A stretch of DNA of 64,000 nucleotides from Verrucomicrobiota bacterium (GCA_043742955.1 JAYTXL010000027.1:2745-66744); one strand, 5' to 3'. Shown: positions 19,124 through 29,748, numbered from the stretch's first letter. Notes: generated by a model from the letters alone, not told the origin. Made by a program: numbers and translations.

Positions 19124-19543
19124 TTAGGGTGGGGCTTGCTTCGTGTAGATGCTCAACGACTTGATTTGTGCCGCTTGGGCCGCGTCACGCACTTCCAACA
19201 ACTTTCCCACGGGCGCATCCTTGTCCGCCCGGATCGCCAGCGTGAGTTTGGGGTTTTTGACGGAGCGCGCCGTCAGTTCACGCTGCAATTTATCCGCCGT
19301 GATGGGTACAGAATCCAAATATATATATGGCGACTGCTTGTTAATCGTCACTTGAATGGTGACGTTGTCACTGGCGCCGGCCTTCGGCGCCTGTTTGGAT
19401 TCCGGCAGCGCGATCTTCACTGCGGGGGATTGCTTGAAAGTGGTGGTTACCATCAGGAAAATCAACACGACGATCAGCACATCGATGAGCGACACGATGA
19501 TGACCGCGGGCGGATGCCGCCGTTTGCGGGTCGCGAATTGCAT
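19124..19543 (-). CDS. exbD: ExbD/TolR biopolymer transport protein
   Basis: 139 aa. RRHPPAVIIVSLIDVLIVVLIFLMV is the typical single N-terminal TM segment. The gene sits 2 nt downstream of exbB. Confidence 0.85.
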   Translation of the reverse strand: MQFATRKRRHPPAVIIVSLIDVLIVVLIFLMVTTTFKQSPAVKIALPESKQAPKAGASDNVTIQVTINKQSPYIYLDSVPITADKLQRELTARSVKNPKLTLAIRADKDAPVGKLLEVRDAAQAAQIKSLSIYTKQAPP

Positions 19544-19545
19544 GG

Positions 19546-20142
19546 TTAAGGCTTCCCGTTGTTGCGGTAGTGCTGCTGGAGGAATTCGTCGCAGACGGTC
19601 GCCATCTCGACGGCCAACGTCTCCACTTTCTTGCTGTAATAACTCCAGGCGACCAGCGAGGGGATCGCCGTCAGCAAGCCGAGCAGGGTGGCGTTCAAGG
19701 CCAGCGCGATGCCCTTGGAGAGCGCGGCGTTGTCCCCCAGGCCACTCTCGCCCAGGCTGGCGAATAAGGAAATCAAACCATAAATGGTCCCCACCAGGCC
19801 GAGCAGCGGGGCCACACCAATGACAATTTCCAGTACCACCAGGCCCCGATCCAGCAGATCCACTTCATGCCGCGCCCGCGTTTGCAGGGAATCAACATTC
19901 TCTGCCTTGGGCCAGTCCCGGTGTTCGACCGCCGCCAAAAGCAGCCGGCTTAAGGGCGATGGATTCTGTTCGCAGATGCGTCGCAGCATGGGTACCTCCG
20001 CTTCCGTCCGGCAATTCTCCACGGCCTCCTCCACACTCTCTGGCACGACCTTGCTCCGGCGCAAGGCCAGGCCGCGTTCAACGATAAAGGTCAGGCCGAT
20101 GATCGAGGCCAGCACCAGCAGACCGATGATTAATTGTTCCAT
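19546..20142 (-). CDS. exbB: MotA/TolQ/ExbB proton channel protein
   Basis: Three-TM pattern with the conserved C-terminal region PLLGLVGTIYGLISLF...ALNATLLGLLTAIP. The start is probably the ATG at 20142 (MEQLIIGLLVLASI) rather than the track start at 20205. Confidence 0.85.
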   Translation of the reverse strand: MEQLIIGLLVLASIIGLTFIVERGLALRRSKVVPESVEEAVENCRTEAEVPMLRRICEQNPSPLSRLLLAAVEHRDWPKAENVDSLQTRARHEVDLLDRGLVVLEIVIGVAPLLGLVGTIYGLISLFASLGESGLGDNAALSKGIALALNATLLGLLTAIPSLVAWSYYSKKVETLAVEMATVCDEFLQQHYRNNGKP

Positions 20143-20271
20143 TAGATTTAAGAGTTTCCCCAGTTGGCGCGGCGGAATTCCCTGGCGGAATCGGGCCCCG
20201 GACAAAACGAGGTGCGATTCAATCGTGGTTTCAACTGCGAACGCAAGCTTGAATCGCTTTTTACCAGCCAG

Positions 20272-21321
20272 CTAATTGTAATAGAAAGTAAACCGCACTT
20301 CGCGAAAGTCCGCGCCGACCAGACGGCGCATGTCGCTGGGCCACGGTTCGTATTTGGCGGGATCCAGCACTGCCCGCTGACAAAACAGACTGTACAATTC
20401 ACCCACCTCGTTCTCGACCACGTGCATCTCCGAAACCCGTCCGTCCGGATGCATGCGGAATTCCAGGACCACTTTGCCCTGGGGGTTGGCACGTTCACCG
20501 ATCAATTCATACCAATGTTGTTGAATGGCGTGAATAATTTTTGCGTCGTACGCGCCGAAGGGAGTGGCCCGCACATCCAGGGAGGATGAATCCAGCCGCA
20601 GATTCTTCACCCCGCCATCCATTTTCATTCTTTCGCCGACCAAACCGCTGTTTTGCAGACGCGCCTTCGCCTCCGCCAGGGTCCGTGGTTTGGGTAATGC
20701 TTTTTCCATCGCCTCACCCGCCTTGCTGTCGGCCTTGCCGACGCTCGGTTTGAGGGTGTCCACCGGCTTGGCCATGGCGAGATCGCCCGGTTTCAGGCTC
20801 TCCTTCGGTTTGGGCGGCGTTTCCTTTTTTTCAGGCTGTGGTTGCGTTTCCACTTTGGAAGCGGGCGCTGGCTGCAAGGGCTGGGGCTGGGGGCGGAGCA
20901 CCTCCACGGTCTTGATGATCTTTTCCTGTTTGCCTTCGATCTTGGGTTGGTCGGTGTCCCGCCGGGTGTCGGGATTGGCGGCGACGGAGTTGGCGGCGGA
21001 ATAGTATTTCGCAGCCTTCGGCGGGGCGGGCGAAACCTGGGTTGGATCTACCTCCACGAACAACAGGGGGATTTCGGGCTGGAGGGGCGACGGCGCTTTC
21101 TTGGTTTGGACGGCAGGCGTTGCCATGGCCTTGGTAAGCGGTTGGGTTAGCTGCAGGAACTTTAACCACGCGGGTGGTGGCAAACGGTCCCAGCCCATCT
21201 TCTTGCGCACCTGTAATCCACCCCATAAGGCCAGGTGGAACGCCAGCGAAAAGACAAGCGCCGCCGCGAGGCGGTTGCTCGCCAGCTGCCGTCGCCATTC
21301 GTTTGATTGAAAACCGACCAT
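20272..21321 (-). CDS. TonB-like energy transducer
   Basis: N-terminal TM segment (AAALVFSLAFHLALWGG), a central Pro/Lys/Glu-rich spacer and a C-terminal TonB-like fold pattern (GKVVLEFRMHPDGRVSEMHVVENEVG). It lies upstream of exbB-exbD on the same strand. Confidence 0.7.
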   Translation of the reverse strand: MVGFQSNEWRRQLASNRLAAALVFSLAFHLALWGGLQVRKKMGWDRLPPPAWLKFLQLTQPLTKAMATPAVQTKKAPSPLQPEIPLLFVEVDPTQVSPAPPKAAKYYSAANSVAANPDTRRDTDQPKIEGKQEKIIKTVEVLRPQPQPLQPAPASKVETQPQPEKKETPPKPKESLKPGDLAMAKPVDTLKPSVGKADSKAGEAMEKALPKPRTLAEAKARLQNSGLVGERMKMDGGVKNLRLDSSSLDVRATPFGAYDAKIIHAIQQHWYELIGERANPQGKVVLEFRMHPDGRVSEMHVVENEVGELYSLFCQRAVLDPAKYEPWPSDMRRLVGADFREVRFTFYYN

Positions 21322-21663
21322 GCTTCAGAAGTTTGCCGGAGCTGACGCCATGGGGCAACAGTTGATTCAAACCCAGTTGTGCGACTTTGTCAGCGGGGAG
21401 ACTTTTGGCCTGGCCGATCCCGACGCGACGGTTGATGTGCGGACCGACGTGGCACTGCAGTCGATCGTACCGTTGCATCAATATTCTGGCAGCTGGTAGC
21501 CGCAATCTTCAGTTGCGCGAGCGTGCGAAAGATCAAGGCCCGGGTGCGGCGGGTTGGGGGGCGGGGACGCAGCCTCAAGGCGTGCGGCTACGGGAAGTTG
21601 ATGTCGGGAAATGGATTGGGGACAGAATTGGTTCGGCAAACGCCGTTGATTCTGTAGATTCCA

Positions 21664-22716
21664 ATGCGCATGACATACCAAGACCATATTCCCGTAACGG
21701 TGCTGACTGGCTTCCTCGGTGCCGGCAAGACGACGTTGCTGAACGATTTGCTGACGCAACGGCACGGGCACAAGTGCGCGATCATCATCAACGAATTTGG
21801 AGCGATCAGCATCGACAACCAGTTGGTCGTGGGCGCGGACGAGGAGATCGTGGAACTCAACAACGGCTGTCTTTGTTGCCGGGTGCGCGGCGACCTGGTC
21901 AAAAGCCTGGCGAACTTGTTTCAGAAGCGGAAGCGCTTCGACTACGTGTTGATTGAAACCACGGGCTTGGCGGATCCCGGGCCCATTGCCTATACGTTTC
22001 GGATGTCCGAGTTGGCGACGAAACTGCGGCTCGACGCCATCGTGACCGTCGCGGACGCCAAGCATTTGGAGCAGGAGCTGGGGGCGGCGCCCGAGGCGAC
22101 CTCGCAAATTGGTTTTGCCGACGTGATCCTGCTGAACAAGACCGATCTGGTATCGCCCGCCGACCTGGAGCGGGTGGAGGCGCGGATTCGGCGGCTGAAT
22201 CCGCTGGCGAAAATACATCGCACCCGGAACTCAAAAATAGACTACCAAAAAATATTCAACCTCAAGGCCCGCGACTTGAAGGCGCCGTTTTCAATGGCTG
22301 CGGCGGCGCAACCGGCGGACCAGCTCACGTTGGAGGTGTCGTCGGGCGGTCAGGAACACGCGGCCGGGCTGGATCATGGCCTGCAGCCTGGCGAAGCCCA
22401 CGCACATGCTCACAATGAGAGCGTGGGTTCCTTTTCTTTTTGCGAGGAGCGCCCGTTGGATTTGAAGAAAGCGGAAGCCTGGCTGGGGGCACTGCGGAAT
22501 GCACACGGCGGTGACATTTACCGGAGCAAAGGCATTTTGCACATTCAGGGCGAGCCCAAGCGCGTTGTGTTCCAAGGGGTGCAGATGATGTTCGACGCGC
22601 AGCCCGAACGCTTTTGGAACCCGGGCGAAAAACGGCAGAGCCAGTTGGTTTTTATTGGCAAAGAACTGGACGAGACGAAGATCAAGGCGGGATTTGCCGC
22701 ATGCCTGGCTCCTTGA
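21664..22716 (+). CDS. COG0523/CobW-family G3E GTPase (putative metallochaperone)
   Basis: P-loop [12 protein letters not shown], metal-binding CxCC ([11 protein letters not shown]), a His-rich linker ([21 protein letters not shown]) and a CobW C-terminal-like end. Confidence 0.9.
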   Translation: MRMTYQDHIPVTVLTGFLGAGKTTLLNDLLTQRHGHKCAIIINEFGAISIDNQLVVGADEEIVELNNGCLCCRVRGDLVKSLANLFQKRKRFDYVLIETTGLADPGPIAYTFRMSELATKLRLDAIVTVADAKHLEQELGAAPEATSQIGFADVILLNKTDLVSPADLERVEARIRRLNPLAKIHRTRNSKIDYQKIFNLKARDLKAPFSMAAAAQPADQLTLEVSSGGQEHAAGLDHGLQPGEAHAHAHNESVGSFSFCEERPLDLKKAEAWLGALRNAHGGDIYRSKGILHIQGEPKRVVFQGVQMMFDAQPERFWNPGEKRQSQLVFIGKELDETKIKAGFAACLAP

Positions 22717-22750
22717 CATTGGAGCGTGCAAGCTAAACTTTGAACCTGAT

Positions 22751-22996
22751 ATGCCGCTTTACGAATACGAATTGTGCGAAGGCAGCTGCGCCGCCTGCGG
22801 GGGTAAGTTCACCCTGCGCCGCCCGCTCACGGCCGCGCCGCTGACCAAATGTCCGGCGTGCAAGAAGCCGGTCCGCAAGTTGATCTCGGGGTTCAGCTCG
22901 CCGATGAAATTGAAGCCGTTGTCCGTCTCCGATGCCAAGAAAGCCGGCTTCAGCATCTACAAGAAGCTCGGCAAGGGCGAATACGAGCGACAGTAA
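22751..22996 (+). CDS. FmdB-family zinc-ribbon protein
   Basis: MPLYEYELCEGSCAACGGKFTLRR...KCPACKKPVRKLIS shows the CxxC...CxxC putative-regulatory zinc-ribbon pattern. The track ORF (22655) is N-terminally over-extended. Confidence 0.8.
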   Translation: MPLYEYELCEGSCAACGGKFTLRRPLTAAPLTKCPACKKPVRKLISGFSSPMKLKPLSVSDAKKAGFSIYKKLGKGEYERQ

Positions 22997-23001
22997 CACG
23001 C

Positions 23002-23018
23002 CTCCCCAGACCGGGGAG
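23002..23018 (+). terminator. Weak hairpin downstream of the zinc-ribbon gene
   Basis: ctcccc-agacc-ggggag, followed by tgccatttgac. The T-tract is poor. Confidence 0.3.
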
Positions 23019-23138
23019 TGCCATTTGACTCCGGGCTATTTAAATAACCGCTTGCGCTCGGGCAGTGGTATTTTATAGTCATTCGCCAGTCGAACTTAAC
23101 GCGGATCGAATTAATCAACAACAAACCCACGACCCACT

Positions 23139-23753
23139 ATGGCTTACCAATACGTCAACAAACAGGAAGCGCTGCTTGCGAAGGTGAAAGGCAAGACCGG
23201 AAAAATTTCGGATAAAACGCACGAGGAACACCTCAAGCTTTACACCGGCTACGTCAACAAGACCAACGCCATCCTGAAGGAGTTGGAAACTTTGTCGGCA
23301 ATTCTTGACCCGGCCAACCCGGCACACGCCAACCAGATTTACAGTGAAATCCGCTCGCGCAAAGTGGACTACTCCTTTGCCCTGGGCGGGATCATCAACC
23401 ATGAGATTTATTTCAATAATCTCGGGGGCAAAGGCGGTCCGGCCACGGGCAAGGTCGCGGAGCTCATTGAGAAGAGCTTCGGCAGTTTCGAGGCCTACAA
23501 AAAGGATTTGAAAGCGACGGCGATTGCGGCCCGCGGCTGGGTGTGGACCGGTTACGACGCCACCACCGGGTTGCTGTTTAATTATCTGGGTGATGCGCAG
23601 AACACTTTCCCGATCTGGGGGGTGAAGCCGATTCTGGCGCTCGACACCTATGAGCATGCCTACTACGCGGACTTCTTCACTGCCCGCGGCGCGTATGTGG
23701 ACGAGTTCATGAACTTCATCGATTGGGATGTGGTAAACGCCAACCTGGGATAG
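23139..23753 (+). CDS. Fe/Mn superoxide dismutase family protein (atypical N-terminus)
   Basis: The C-terminal metal-ligand motif LDTYEHAYYADF (D-x-W/Y-E-H-A-Y-Y) and GGIINHEIYFNNLG are present. The N-terminal region (THEEHLKLYTGYVNKTN) deviates from the usual HHxKHHxxYV. Confidence 0.75.
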   Translation: MAYQYVNKQEALLAKVKGKTGKISDKTHEEHLKLYTGYVNKTNAILKELETLSAILDPANPAHANQIYSEIRSRKVDYSFALGGIINHEIYFNNLGGKGGPATGKVAELIEKSFGSFEAYKKDLKATAIAARGWVWTGYDATTGLLFNYLGDAQNTFPIWGVKPILALDTYEHAYYADFFTARGAYVDEFMNFIDWDVVNANLG

Positions 23754-23874
23754 GTAATCTTTGCCGGAACGCAACCGCGCGACTCCCACCGGGGCGCAGG
23801 GCGCGTCTGGGGCGCACGGGCAGGGTTCATTTTACTTGCGCTGATCAAGGCGCAAAATAATCATTGCCGACGTC

Positions 23875-25449
23875 ATGCCTGCCCAACCAAACCGGTGGTT
23901 ATTAGCGGTTCAGTGCACGGGGGCGATTGCCTGCCTGGGGTTCGCCCTGGCGGACAGCGCAAGGGCGCAAACGCGCCCACCGGCGGGGGGCACCACCGGC
24001 GCGGCCAACCTGAAACTGCCGGAAATCCCCAACACCAAACATCGCAACGTCATTTTCATTCTCGCGGACGATCATCGCTTCGATGCGCTGGGTTTTCTGG
24101 GTCATCCGTTTTTGCAGACGCCTAATCTCGACATGCTCGCCCGCAATGGTGCGCATCTGAAGAACGCCTTCGTCACCACCTCGCTCTGCTCGCCCAGCCG
24201 CGCTTCGATTCTGACCGGATTGTATGCCCACAAACATCGCGTGGTAGACAACAACAATCCGGTGCGGGCCGAGCTGGTTTTCTTTCCGCAATACCTGCAG
24301 CAGGCGGGCTACGAGACGGCGTTCTTTGGCAAATGGCACATGGGTGGCGATAGCGATGAGCAACAGCGCGGCTTCAATCATTGGGTGGGATTCAAAGGGC
24401 AGGGGAGTTACCTGCCCGGCAAGCAACTGATTAACGTGAATGGAAAACGGGTGCCCCAGAAGGGGTACATTACCGATGAGCTGACCGATTACGCGCTGGA
24501 TTGGTTGAACGCCCGGAATCCCAACAAGCCGTTTCTGTTGTATCTTTCGCACAAGGCCGTGCACGCCGAATTTATTCCCGCTGACCGCCACAAGGGCCGT
24601 TACAAAGACAAGCCGTACGTCCCGCCCCGGACGCAGGCGAACCTCCCGGAGAACTACGAGGGCAAGCCGATGTGGGTTAAGAATCAGCGTAACAGCTGGC
24701 ACGGCGTGGATTATCCGTATCACGGCACCCTCGATGGCGTGGAGCAGTTTTACAAACGCTATTGCGAAACATTACTAGCGGTGGATGAGAGTCTGGGGCG
24801 CGTGATTGATTATCTAAAGGCTCAAAATCTTTTGGAATCGACCCTCCTGATCTACATGGGCGACAACGGATTCATGTTTGGTGAACATGGCTTGATCGAC
24901 AAACGGGTGGCGTATGAGGAATCCATGCGCGTGCCCCTCCTGATGCATTGCCCCGAGCTCATACCGGGTGGGGTGGAAGTCTCCCAGTTGGTCGCGAACA
25001 TTGACATCGCCCCTACCATTCTGGATGCGGCAGGGTTGAAGGCGCCGGCGCACCTGGATGGGCGGAGCTTTTTGGCGCTCGCGCAGCGCCTGAACATTCC
25101 CTGGCGGGACGCCTTGCTTTACGAATATTATTGGGAGCGAAACTTTCCCCAGACGCCGACGATGCATGCGGTGCGGGGCGACCGCTACAAGTACATTCGC
25201 TATCAGGGTTTGTGGGACATCGACGAGTTCTACGATTTACAAAACGATCCGCAGGAGACCCGGAACCTGATTCGCAGCACGCAGCATCAACAGCTCATCA
25301 AGCAGTTTAACACGATCCTTTTCAACGGCCTGGCCGCCACCGATGGCATGCAGATTCCGCTGCTGCCGGATGCCGGCGGGCAATCCAATTTGCGCAGCCC
25401 GAACGGCGCGCCACCCGCACCGTTTCCGCCGCACTTCCTGGGTAAATAA
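23875..25449 (+). CDS. Sulfatase (Cys-type), secreted
   Basis: Signal-like N-terminus, NVIFILADDH and CSPSRASILTG (C-x-P-x-R). Confidence 0.9.
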   Translation: MPAQPNRWLLAVQCTGAIACLGFALADSARAQTRPPAGGTTGAANLKLPEIPNTKHRNVIFILADDHRFDALGFLGHPFLQTPNLDMLARNGAHLKNAFVTTSLCSPSRASILTGLYAHKHRVVDNNNPVRAELVFFPQYLQQAGYETAFFGKWHMGGDSDEQQRGFNHWVGFKGQGSYLPGKQLINVNGKRVPQKGYITDELTDYALDWLNARNPNKPFLLYLSHKAVHAEFIPADRHKGRYKDKPYVPPRTQANLPENYEGKPMWVKNQRNSWHGVDYPYHGTLDGVEQFYKRYCETLLAVDESLGRVIDYLKAQNLLESTLLIYMGDNGFMFGEHGLIDKRVAYEESMRVPLLMHCPELIPGGVEVSQLVANIDIAPTILDAAGLKAPAHLDGRSFLALAQRLNIPWRDALLYEYYWERNFPQTPTMHAVRGDRYKYIRYQGLWDIDEFYDLQNDPQETRNLIRSTQHQQLIKQFNTILFNGLAATDGMQIPLLPDAGGQSNLRSPNGAPPAPFPPHFLGK

Positions 25450-25616
25450 CCGCGACCGCCGTGCTGTTCACCGGCTTGCTTTCCGGCTGGATCCACTGGG
25501 ACGTCGAACCTTGAACGGATCTGATGCGGCCAAGCGGCGACCCAGTGGGAACGACCCAGCGGGATCAAATCGACTTTGACACTTGCGCTTCCAATTTCAG
25601 CCGGTAAGTTCGCCCC

Positions 25617-25898
25617 ATGTCGAAGCTGCCAAAGAAAACGTCCAAAGCGAAGGTGCCAAAAGCAATCCTGCTGGGTGTGGGCCTGGACTCCGATGGTCAT
25701 AAACGCGTGACCACCGGTCCCAACTTCGCCCTGGTGGGGGGCACGCAGGAGACCCATGAATTGATGACCGAAAAGGCCCTCAAAATTAACGAGAAATTGG
25801 CGGCCAAGGGGAAACAACTGGACGAAGTCAGCCTGCAGGAGTTCGACGACATCGCGCAATCCGTCGGCCTGCACCCTCATAATCCAAACCGCAATTGA
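25617..25898 (+). CDS. Hypothetical 93-aa protein
   Basis: The ORF has plausible coding composition (MSKLPKKTSKAKVPKAILLGVGLDSDGHKRVTTGPNFALVGG...). I recognise no motif. Confidence 0.45.
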   Translation: MSKLPKKTSKAKVPKAILLGVGLDSDGHKRVTTGPNFALVGGTQETHELMTEKALKINEKLAAKGKQLDEVSLQEFDDIAQSVGLHPHNPNRN

Positions 25899-26008
25899 CG
25901 GCTTCATTTCTGAGCGTTGCTTATACTTGAGCGCGCATCTTGACGCCTCTGTGTTGCAACCGCTAGCGTCGCTTGTGGTTTTCTTAACAAAGAAAGATTT
26001 TGGCACCG

Positions 26009-26398
26009 ATGCCCGTTGATACGTCAGCCCAATCCAGCCCCTACTTCTTCCTGACCGTGTTCCTGGGAGTGGCGCTGCTCTTTCCGCTTGTGCCGCTGGG
26101 GCTGGCCCGGCTCTGGGCGCGGATTTATTCGCCGCAGAAAACCGGCGATCAAAAGAACGCCACGTACGAGTGCGGCTTGGAATCCAAAGGGGATGGCTCG
26201 GTTCAATTCCAGTCGCACTATTATCTCTACGCCATCATCTTTCTGATTTTCGACGTCGAGGTGATTTTTCTGCTGCCCTTTGCGGTCGCCTTCTCGGGTC
26301 TGCCGGTGGGAGCATTTCTAGCGATCCTGATATTTTTGTTCCTGCTGGTCGAAGGATTGGCCTGGGCCTGGCTGAAGGGAGTGCTCACATGGAAATGA
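26009..26398 (+). CDS. nuoA: NADH-quinone oxidoreductase subunit A
   Basis: Three-TM protein of ~130 aa carrying YECG (ATYECGLES), the NuoA/ND3 hallmark. The ATG is at 26009 (the track start at 26000 is TTG). Confidence 0.9.
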   Translation: MPVDTSAQSSPYFFLTVFLGVALLFPLVPLGLARLWARIYSPQKTGDQKNATYECGLESKGDGSVQFQSHYYLYAIIFLIFDVEVIFLLPFAVAFSGLPVGAFLAILIFLFLLVEGLAWAWLKGVLTWK

Positions 26399-26432
26399 AG
26401 TACACCGGCCAGCCTGGCCCAACGCGCCGCCA

Positions 26433-27059
26433 ATGGACTGTGACATGGACGAGGGATTAAAAAACGAATTGAGCAAGCAAGGCGTGTTCACCACGACCTT
26501 GGAGGACTTGTACAACTGGGGGCGTAAGAATTCTGTCTGGCCGCTGTCATTCGGGTTGGCGTGCTGCGCGATTGAGATGATTGCCGCGAGCATGGCGCGC
26601 TTTGACCTCGCCCGCTTTGGCGCGGAAGTGTTCCGGCCGTCACCGCGCCAGGCGGACCTGATGATTGTGGCCGGCACGGTGACCAAGAAAATGGCGCCGC
26701 AAGTCGTGCGCCTCTACAATCAGATGCCCGAGCCAAAATATGTAATCGCGATGGGCGCGTGTGCGATTTCCGGCGGCCCGTTCAAGCAGGGTTACAACGT
26801 GCTCAAAGGGATCGACCGTTTTATTCCGGTGGATGTGCATATTCCGGGCTGCCCCCCCCGCCCGGAGGCGCTGATCCACGCGTTCATGACGCTACAAAAA
26901 AAAATCGATTCGCAAAAACTCACCGGCCCGAGCCGCCCGCGCCATCTGGACGCCGCGGCTCCGAGCGAATTTCCCGTGCCGGTTTTCGGGGAGCATGACT
27001 TGCTTCCGCCCAGCAATCCCAATCTATGGAGGCCGACCAATGTGGTGCGGAGCGCATGA
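26433..27059 (+). CDS. nuoB: NADH-quinone oxidoreductase subunit B
   Basis: [21 protein letters not shown] and GCPPRPE provide the N2 cluster ligands. There is a ~45-aa C-terminal extension. Confidence 0.95.
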   Translation: MDCDMDEGLKNELSKQGVFTTTLEDLYNWGRKNSVWPLSFGLACCAIEMIAASMARFDLARFGAEVFRPSPRQADLMIVAGTVTKKMAPQVVRLYNQMPEPKYVIAMGACAISGGPFKQGYNVLKGIDRFIPVDVHIPGCPPRPEALIHAFMTLQKKIDSQKLTGPSRPRHLDAAAPSEFPVPVFGEHDLLPPSNPNLWRPTNVVRSA

Positions 27060-27165
27060 AATGGCCCTGGCTGATAGCCGCCCGCCTTCAGGTTGTGAGG
27101 CTGGGCGCGGGAATCCTCCGCGACTGACGCAAGCTAAAGCAGGCGGCTACAGCTGACGCTGGCCA

Positions 27166-27813
27166 ATGAAAATTGCGATGGAATTGCTCGAACAAATCAA
27201 AGCCCGCCTTGAAGCCGCCGTTCCCGGTGCGGCTCTTGAGGTGGTTCCGAATGACAGCCCGTCCGCGCAGCGGTCCTTGCTCGTGGGCCCCGCACACGCC
27301 GTGGCGATCGCAAAATGCCTGCGCGATGATCCGCAGCTTCTTTTGGACTACTGTTCCAACGTGACGGGGGTCGATTGGCCTGAAATGGAACTCACTGAAA
27401 AGGTGAAGGTCAAGCAGGTAGTGGAGGGGGTGGAGAAGGAAGTTGAGGAAGTCAGGAAGAAGATTCGTCCCGGTGTTTTGGAAGTGGTTTATCACCTGTA
27501 TTCGATGACCTTGAAGCACGGTCCGGTCATCATCCGGATGCGGACGGTTAACCGGACCGACCAGGTTCAACTGCCCTCCCTCACCCCCGTCTGGCGCAGT
27601 TGCGATTTTCAGGAGCGCGAGATTTTTGACTTGTATGGAATTCATTTTGAGGGGCATCCGGATCTGCGCCGCATTCTCATGTGGGACGGGTTCCTAGACC
27701 ATCCCATGCGCAAGGATTATGTCGCGCCGGACGACTATGAATACGAACCGACCCCGCACGATGAAGTTCTGGAGCGTGTGAAAGCCCGGCCGGCGGCGGA
27801 GGCGAAGCGATGA
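27166..27813 (+). CDS. nuoC: NADH-quinone oxidoreductase subunit C
   Basis: The end of the protein, [14 protein letters not shown] ([26 protein letters not shown]), is typical of NuoC/30-kDa subunits. A charged insertion is present ([22 protein letters not shown]). Confidence 0.9.
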   Translation: MKIAMELLEQIKARLEAAVPGAALEVVPNDSPSAQRSLLVGPAHAVAIAKCLRDDPQLLLDYCSNVTGVDWPEMELTEKVKVKQVVEGVEKEVEEVRKKIRPGVLEVVYHLYSMTLKHGPVIIRMRTVNRTDQVQLPSLTPVWRSCDFQEREIFDLYGIHFEGHPDLRRILMWDGFLDHPMRKDYVAPDDYEYEPTPHDEVLERVKARPAAEAKR

Positions 27814-28988
27814 TCACTTCGGTTGAATCCCCCGCCCAATCCAATTACGAGATCGTGCCGAAGAGCGCGCCGGACGGGACAATCCTGGCCGGCGAGTTGC
27901 TCGAAGTCGCCATGGGACCACAGCACCCCTCCACCCACGGCGTGTTCCGCATGGATGTGGTGCTCGACGGAGAGACGGTCGTCAAGCTCAAGCCGGTTTT
28001 TGGCTACCTCCACCGCAACCACGAAAAGATTGCCGAGGGCACGAGCTATCTTGGCTCCATGCCCTATACCGACCGGCTCGACTATTTTTGCTCGATGTCC
28101 AACAACTGGGCCTATGCCCTCAGCGTGGAAAAGCTGGCGGGCCTGGCCGTGCCCGAGCGCGCGGAATACATCCGCGTGATCACGGCGGAACTGACGCGCC
28201 TGATGAACCACGCCTGTCTCATCGGCTTCCTGATGCAGGACATGGGGGCCTCGGGCACGCCCCTCATGTATGCCTTCCGCGAGCGCGAGAAGATTCTCGA
28301 CCTGTTCGAGTCGCTGAGCGGCTCGCGCATGATGTGTAATTATATGCGCTTCGGCGGTTGTCGTTGCGATTTGCCGGAAGGGTGGCTCACGCAGGCCCAT
28401 AAGGTCGTGGATGCCTTCCCGCGATTCAATGACGAGTTCGAGCGGTTGCTCGCGGACAACGAAATCCTGATGGCGCGGACGCAAGGCGTGGGCGGAGTAT
28501 CGCGTGAACTTGCCATCAGCGCCGGTCTCACCGGTCCGATGCTGCGGGCGGCGGGAGTGGATTACGACCTGCGCAAGGTGGACCAATACGGCATTTACGA
28601 CCGCTTCCAATTCCGGGTGCCCCTCGGGGATCATGGCGACACGTACGACCGGTATATGCTCCGCGTGCTCGAGATGCGCGAGAGCGTGGTAATTCTTCAG
28701 CAGGCGCTCAAGGGGATCCCCGCCGGGCCGGTCATCGACCCCAAGGCCAAGCTGCGCGGCTTTCGTCCGAAAGCGGGTGAAGCCTACGGCCGGATCGAAT
28801 CACCAAAGGGCGAGCTGGGGTTCTACCTCATTAGCGATGGTTCGCCGAACCCGTATCGTTATCGGGTGCGACCGCCCAGCTTGATTAATCTGACCGTGCT
28901 GGAGGACATGTGTCTTGGCCGCCCCATCGCGGACGTCGTCATCATTCTGGGCAGTGTGGACATTGTGCTGGGCGAGGTGGACCGATGA
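27810..28988 (+). CDS. nuoD: NADH-quinone oxidoreductase subunit D
   Basis: [13 protein letters not shown] and the C-terminal DIVLGEVDR. The gene has a 4-nt overlap with nuoC. Confidence 0.95.
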   Translation: MITSVESPAQSNYEIVPKSAPDGTILAGELLEVAMGPQHPSTHGVFRMDVVLDGETVVKLKPVFGYLHRNHEKIAEGTSYLGSMPYTDRLDYFCSMSNNWAYALSVEKLAGLAVPERAEYIRVITAELTRLMNHACLIGFLMQDMGASGTPLMYAFREREKILDLFESLSGSRMMCNYMRFGGCRCDLPEGWLTQAHKVVDAFPRFNDEFERLLADNEILMARTQGVGGVSRELAISAGLTGPMLRAAGVDYDLRKVDQYGIYDRFQFRVPLGDHGDTYDRYMLRVLEMRESVVILQQALKGIPAGPVIDPKAKLRGFRPKAGEAYGRIESPKGELGFYLISDGSPNPYRYRVRPPSLINLTVLEDMCLGRPIADVVIILGSVDIVLGEVDR

Positions 28989-29064
28989 GCGACACGGATT
29001 CCACAGATTTGCACGAATTGAATTCCGAATTCGTGTCGCTTCGTGTAATTCGTGTCTGATTTTT

Positions 29065-29748
29065 ATGCTCGGCACTGGCATTCTCAAAGGCATGGCGGAA
29101 ACGGCGCGCAACTTCGTCGGCAGTTACACCGACGCGGAGCGGCTCACGACCGTCGAGTATCCCGAGGAGCGCCTCGCACCGAAGGAGGCCGCGCGCAATT
29201 TCCCCTTCCTCGTGTTTGACACCGAAGATCCGCAGGCCGGACTGCGGTGTGTTGCGTGTCAGATTTGCGAGAAGGAATGCCCGCCCAAATGCATTTATAT
29301 TGTCAAGAGCAAGGACAAGAAGGCTGATTTTGTAGGCAAACCGCAGTTCTATCCAGCGACGTTCGACATTGATGTCTCCGTCTGCATGAGCTGCCAGATC
29401 TGCGTGGAAGTCTGTCCGTTTGAGGCCATCAAGATGGACACCGAGTTTGAGCTGAGCAACTCCGACCGTTTTGACGCGTTGCTGTTGCGCAAGGAACACC
29501 TCGCGAAGCCCAACAGTTACTACCGGAAAATCCACCCCACGGAAGCCGCGGAAGTGGACGCGCGGCTGGCCGGTGACAAGGCGAAGGCCGAGGCGAAATC
29601 CCGGGCAGACGCGGACGCGAAAGCCAAGGCCGCGTTGGCCGCGAAGGCAGCCGTTTTGGCAACCCCCGCGCCTGCTCAAACTCCGGCCGCCCCCCCCCCT
29701 GACGCATGCAGTTCATCTGGGATTTCCTTAACGCATTGGTCGGCATGA
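29065..29748 (+). CDS. nuoI: NADH-quinone oxidoreductase subunit I (2x[4Fe-4S]) with Ala/Lys/Pro-rich C-terminal tail
   Basis: CVACQICEKECP and CMSCQICVEVCP. The ATG at 29065 (MLGTGILKGMAETARNF) is the plausible start. The gene directly follows nuoD, with no nuoEFG in between. Confidence 0.9.
   Translation: MLGTGILKGMAETARNFVGSYTDAERLTTVEYPEERLAPKEAARNFPFLVFDTEDPQAGLRCVACQICEKECPPKCIYIVKSKDKKADFVGKPQFYPATFDIDVSVCMSCQICVEVCPFEAIKMDTEFELSNSDRFDALLLRKEHLAKPNSYYRKIHPTEAAEVDARLAGDKAKAEAKSRADADAKAKAALAAKAAVLATPAPAQTPAAPPPDACSSSGISLTHWSA

Noticed and set aside
21322-21663. Riboswitch, Zur/Fur box or small gene in the 342-nt divergent spacer between the tonB-like gene and the COG0523 gene
   Set aside because: I could not identify a palindromic operator, a conserved riboswitch core or a convincing ORF by eye. 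The minus-strand ORF 20831-21505 is mostly out of frame over the tonB-like gene.
27735-29679. Minus-strand ORFs over nuoD and nuoI (27735-28634, 28942-29679)
   Set aside because: They are antisense to genes with diagnostic Fe-S and quinone-site motifs.
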